Assembly: GCF_024521635.1 (NCBI RefSeq)
Contig: NW_026250430.1
Location: 62,001-126,000 of the forward strand
Direction of reading: 5' to 3'
Length of the DNA stretch: 64,000 bases
Source: Tricharina praecox
Lineage: Eukaryota
Shown: positions 59,914-64,000 of the stretch, piece by piece
Layout: every line of letters starts with the position of its first letter
How positions within the stretch are numbered: the first letter of the stretch is position 1
Notes under the pieces: generated by a model
The model's database searches: none
The model's input: the letters and a program-made list of their open reading frames with translations, nothing else
What the model was told of the DNA's origin: nothing
Made by a program: the position numbers and the translations under genes

Positions 59914-60484
59914 ATGACTTCGTGCGCCAACTGTTCGGACCACGGCGCATACCTCGCGAAATTGCAGATGGAACACGGCAACCTCCAAAGGGCCTATGCC
60001 CAGCAAGTTAAAAAGGTGGAACAAAAAAACGGGTAATGTGAATTATTGGTATGAGAGGTTTTACACATTGAATAAAGAGGTTGGCATACTCCGTCAAATT
60101 GTTGCTTCTGGAGCTATCGATCCGCCCAAGGACAGCGCGTTGGCTGCGCAGGCGAAGAAGATCAAAACGGAGGAAGAAATAAAGAAGGATGAAGAGAAGA
60201 GGAAGCGGGCGATAGAGGATGCGATGGCCACGGCCCTAACCGATCACGACCAGCGTATCGCCGCCCTCGAGAAAGATCGCGAGACTCTCAAAGAGGACCT
60301 AACTACCATGGTCGAGGCTAAGATGTAAGTTCTCGTCCCGTCGCCTCGGATTGATATGTACATACTAGCTGAGATTGACCTCCACTTCAGGAAAGCACTT
60401 GAGCTCGGCATCCACCAGCCGTTCCTGGAGTTCGCCTCGAAGATTTCCAACACCAACCCGAGGGATGCGAGTAAGAGGGGCTGA
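59914..60484 (+). pseudogene. Frameshifted CxxC/coiled-coil gene (pseudogene or homopolymer sequencing error)
   Basis: MTSCANCSDHG...VKKVEQK continues as TGNVNYWYERF...coiled coil only if one A is removed from the A7 run at 60023-60029. A canonical intron 60325..60390 (GTAAGT...TTGAC...CAG) leads to TGA at 60482-60484. Confidence 0.6.
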
Positions 60485-60983
60485 GCGCAATGATTCTACT
60501 TTCCTCTGTTTCCTATGGTCGAGAATCTTTTACCTTTTACCGGGCTATTACAGCATTTTCAGTGTTTGGGAATATATCAGCGTTTCTTCTCACGTTCCAT
60601 CAACTCTCCAAGACGGCATGGCGGTGGGGGTGGGCTACGGTACATATCATAGCTGTCCTCATCCCCGGCTCCGTTGGCCGTTGGTAGGACTTGATTTATG
60701 TCGACGCCCCAGAGGAGCCAGTGACCGTGATGTCCTCGTCCTCCCGTCTACGCTAATTCCTTCACTTTGAGTGATCACTGGCTTGAGTGAATGATCCGTT
60801 CCATGAGATATCTGCCACCGGTTGACGGCCAAGGATGAGGCTGCGGAAGTACAGTGTACATCCACGACCTAGTTAACCGGCTCGGATCGTGTCTACTTAC
60901 TCAGGTATCTAACTCATCGGTATATTTGCTTACATTACAATATCTACATTTCAGTACATACATTTTCCACAAGCGAATACATA

Positions 60984-61960
60984 TGTTCTATACCACTAGG
61001 CAGAATTATTCTTCTTTAGATGGGCCGGCGCATCTATAGATGGACCGGCCCGTGTTTAGGTGGGTCGGATCTCACAACTGGCCGGACCATGGATAGATTT
61101 TCTCCGGCTCCTTGGCTGGCCCAGGAGCCAGATATCTCACCCTGGGCTAACCCATAGAATTTTGCCCAAATGGGCTGGCCCAGGAATAGAATTGTATGCT
61201 GAACCCGAAACCGGCTAGTAATATTACGGGCTCGAGATCACCACCACCACTGCTGGCTGTACGGTTACGGTACCACTTTGGCGACTACATTCGGCAGTAC
61301 CAATCTCCATCAACCATCAATTGAATTGAATTATCACACACCCGAGGCCTCCTCTTTCTCAGAATCGATCCTTCTACTACAACACCATCCAGTACAGTCG
61401 ATGAACTCTTTGTCTGCCGTGGTCGCTTCCTGCGGGGCGGTGGTAATAGAACACTTCATCTTGCGCATTCCGTAGGGTTCGGCTTCCGGTACAATTAACC
61501 GTTGTCATGTATTCTGTCGCTCGTTTCGTCATCGATCCTTAAAACTCCTGAAATGTTGCTGCTGAAAACGCAGAAATGCAACATCCACGGCGGACATGAC
61601 TTTAACGGGTGTATTGTAGGCTGTTGTTGGTCTGATGTCTGGGTTGCTGACGAGAATTGGTTAAGGCTAAGAAAATTTCATGTTTGCTAGCCGTTTTTGG
61701 CGGAGACAACCCGTCTGAGGTTGGGCCAGCCCAGAAACCGGAAAAAGTCTACCCATGGTCCGGCCAGTGGTGAGATTTCAACTTTGCTAGCCGTTTTCGG
61801 CGGAGATAACCCGTCTAAAGTTGGGCCAGCCCAGAAACCGGAAAAAATCTACCCATGGTCCGGCCAGTGGTGAGAACCGACTCACCTTTAGATGGGCTGC
61901 GTGTCTAAACTTGGGCCAGCCTATCTAAAGATGGCTAATTCTGCCCAGTGGCATAGAACA
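60984..61960. mobile_element. Non-autonomous TIR DNA transposon (977 bp), Ginger-like termini
   Basis: Imperfect ~140-bp TIRs at 60984-61123 and 61822-61960 begin TGTTCTAT and end ATAGAACA. CATA lies directly on both sides (60980-83 and 61961-64). No transposase ORF inside. Confidence 0.85.
61683..61875. repeat. 100-bp-period direct duplication in the right subterminal region of the transposon
   Basis: TTTGCTAGCCGTTTT...CCATGGTCCGGCCAGTGGTGAGA at 61683-61775 and 61783-61875 with few mismatches. Confidence 0.92.
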
Positions 61961-63805
61961 CATACAAGTCTACTTACTTTAGCCCTACGGGCATTGCCGC
62001 TGTTTTCTCTAACCTTTTCCCAACCTCATTCTGCTCCCCCTTCCATGCCAATTAATCAAGCCCAACAGGAGCCTCTTCGCCGTTGACGAGATATATCATC
62101 ATCTAGACGGGCCTAAAAGCCTGCGCGGAATAGCCACGAACGTCATCCAGAAAATTGGGTGCTACAATCGGTTCACATGCGTGGAGTTGGAGCGCCCACT
62201 CATCCTCCGCAACGGGGCCGCAACAGTACAGCTTGAGTCCCCCCATCTGGTCATGGCGGACAAGATGAATACCCCTCCCTTCTTGGTGTCGTACACCTCC
62301 CCCCCCCCCTCGCGCCCATTTTGATAGTCCTGTTGCATGGCGTACGGCTTCTCCGCCGTATGTAGAGTACATACAAAAGGTTCGCGCAGTACATACACTG
62401 TAATACTGTGCATTTCCAGAATGTTTGGAAAATAGTGACCGTTAAAACCAGCCAGAAAACCCGGTAGCCACCCAAGTCTCATCATTTATGTACTGGGCGG
62501 GCGTTGACGGTTGAGGATACACAGAAAGCGGGGAACTACAATCCACCACCACCACCGCCGCCATCTTTATTCACCCAGCAACAACCCTTGCCTACTTACC
62601 CACAATCGGTATGCCTGGATATGAATGTCCCCAACGTGCAGCACTTGCACAGAGCACTGCCGCCGCCGCCAGCTAGAACGCATTCATGGGGAGCACGATC
62701 GGTCCCGAGTCCCGACAGGAATGTACGCAGGAGGTTAGGCGCCAGCAGTGGGCTCACGACAAAGATTCTACCTACATACGGAAAGCAGAAAGTGGATAGC
62801 AGCAGGAATGTTGAGACACTTCGTCAACGGACCGCTGAGGCGGAGGAGAGGAAAGTGAACTGTGAAGGGCGGCGCTATGGGGAGGTAATATGTTTCGATA
62901 AAAGCGTTTATACCAAGAAGTCATAGGATGTCTAATGGGTTTATTCAGTCATTCAGACAGACGGAAGTTTAATGGCAAAAGGCAGAAGCACCTCATTGCT
63001 GATGAATCGACTGACTGCATGAGGATCATGGAGCGTCACCCGTCGGTTTGCTCCGACGAGCAAAAAGTCTACCCTGTTATTCAAGATACACGCCCTCACA
63101 GGCCATTCTCCGCCGTGGACGAAGAGGCAGCCGAGCGAGTAGTACTAGTTAGTGGTGTAGTAGGGCAGAGTAATCCGGGAAAACCCTTTTTCAAGCGCTG
63201 CAGTGCGCAGAGAGTCCGAGCAGAAGTGTGCTCACTCTAGCAGGAGTTTGAAACTTGAACACGGGAACCGGCAAGACCAAGAGGTACATATCATACAAAC
63301 AGACGCGGAATCTTGAAAGGAGCTAATCGAATACTCTCGTCGGATAGCATACATAGACGTCCGATAGCTCCGGAGGACACCTCGGGCACCGGTGCTGACA
63401 CCGGTGCCCGGAGCGGTGACAGGGCCTGGGAGCGGGCAAATAAGGCCCCCGCCCCCACCTAAGGCGAGCGCTGGCCGGATGGAACATTCCACTCTGCGGG
63501 TACCTAGAGTAGGTTGACGATCGAGGATGAAGCCACGGGAGGTAGGTAGGACAATCGGTCAACCACCGCCCAGGAAACCGGCCAAAATAATTGGTGCATC
63601 ATTCCTGTGCGACGCTCACCGAATCCTACTGGCCGGCTTGCGGTGAGTTGAGGACGCGCAAAAAGCGGGGACCGCTCAATACACTACACCATCACCACCA
63701 CCACCGCCGCCATCACGATCGCAACCACTACCGAAAGTTCATCGCTACCACCGTATCCTCCATACCCGGAACGACCACCATCCCAATTCACCATCGGCAC
63801 GCATC

Positions 63806-64000
63806 ATGACTTCGCCGTGCGCCACCTGCACGGAGCGTAGCCGGCAGTTATCCAGCATTCGCGGGGACCTCGAGCAGTCCCGACGGCATCTCCAGGAGGA
63901 GGTATGGCGGCACAAGTTCACGACCGACTGCTACAGCAAGCAGAACGACGAGCTCAGCAGTAAGGTTGAGGCGCTGCATCGGCGGGTCGCTGAGGTGGAA
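63806..64000 (+). CDS. 5' part of a putative CxxC/coiled-coil protein, truncated by the window end
   Basis: ATG in an ATCATGA context. MTSPCATCTERSRQLSSIRGDLEQSRRHLQEEV...DELSSKVEALHRRVAEVE is open to the end of the window. Confidence 0.5.
   Translation, partial: MTSPCATCTERSRQLSSIRGDLEQSRRHLQEEVWRHKFTTDCYSKQNDELSSKVEALHRRVAEVE

Noticed and set aside
60984..61960. Solo LTR (TG...CA with short TSD)
   Set aside because: ~140-bp inverted termini with reiterated subterminal motifs fit a TIR DNA element better.
63383..63430. Helitron 3' end at the hairpin
   Set aside because: No CTRR terminus ~10-15 nt beyond the hairpin on either strand.

Overview
Eukaryotic, intron-containing DNA from a filamentous ascomycete. 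Evidence: short 48-85 nt GT-AG introns with CTRAC branch sites and abundant microsatellites. A Pezizomycetes-like origin is only my guess. I built spliced models by hand for about 15 genes: RPN11, MTC1, a UPF0390/DUF2462 small basic protein, a 2104-aa Pro/Glu-rich AT-hook/UBZ-like protein, a 539-aa unknown, a small secreted Gly/Leu-tailed protein, an Rck2/Srk1-type CaMK, a bZIP-DUF3425-like factor, a BuGZ/ZNF207-like zinc-finger protein, a PHO8-type alkaline phosphatase, an NDUFAF3/Mth938-like protein, a 906-aa sestrin, a 4-TM membrane protein, a Crh/Utr2 GH16 transglycosylase, and a double-ZZ-finger protein that needs a 5-nt microexon. The most notable non-routine items are four. (1) A ~1.4 kb non-coding array at 24.9-26.3 kb of 4-5 modular repeats with a near-invariant 22-nt core and conserved hairpin potential. 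(2) An ascomycete sestrin whose leucine-pocket and redox residues appear altered. (3) A 977-bp non-autonomous DNA transposon with TGT...ACA ends, ~140-bp TIRs and a CATA 4-bp TSD (Ginger-like signature). (4) A gene-poor accessory zone after ~57.6 kb with two CxxC coiled-coil ORFs, one frameshifted. I found no tRNA, rRNA or CRISPR. All family names come from motif recognition, not database searches.
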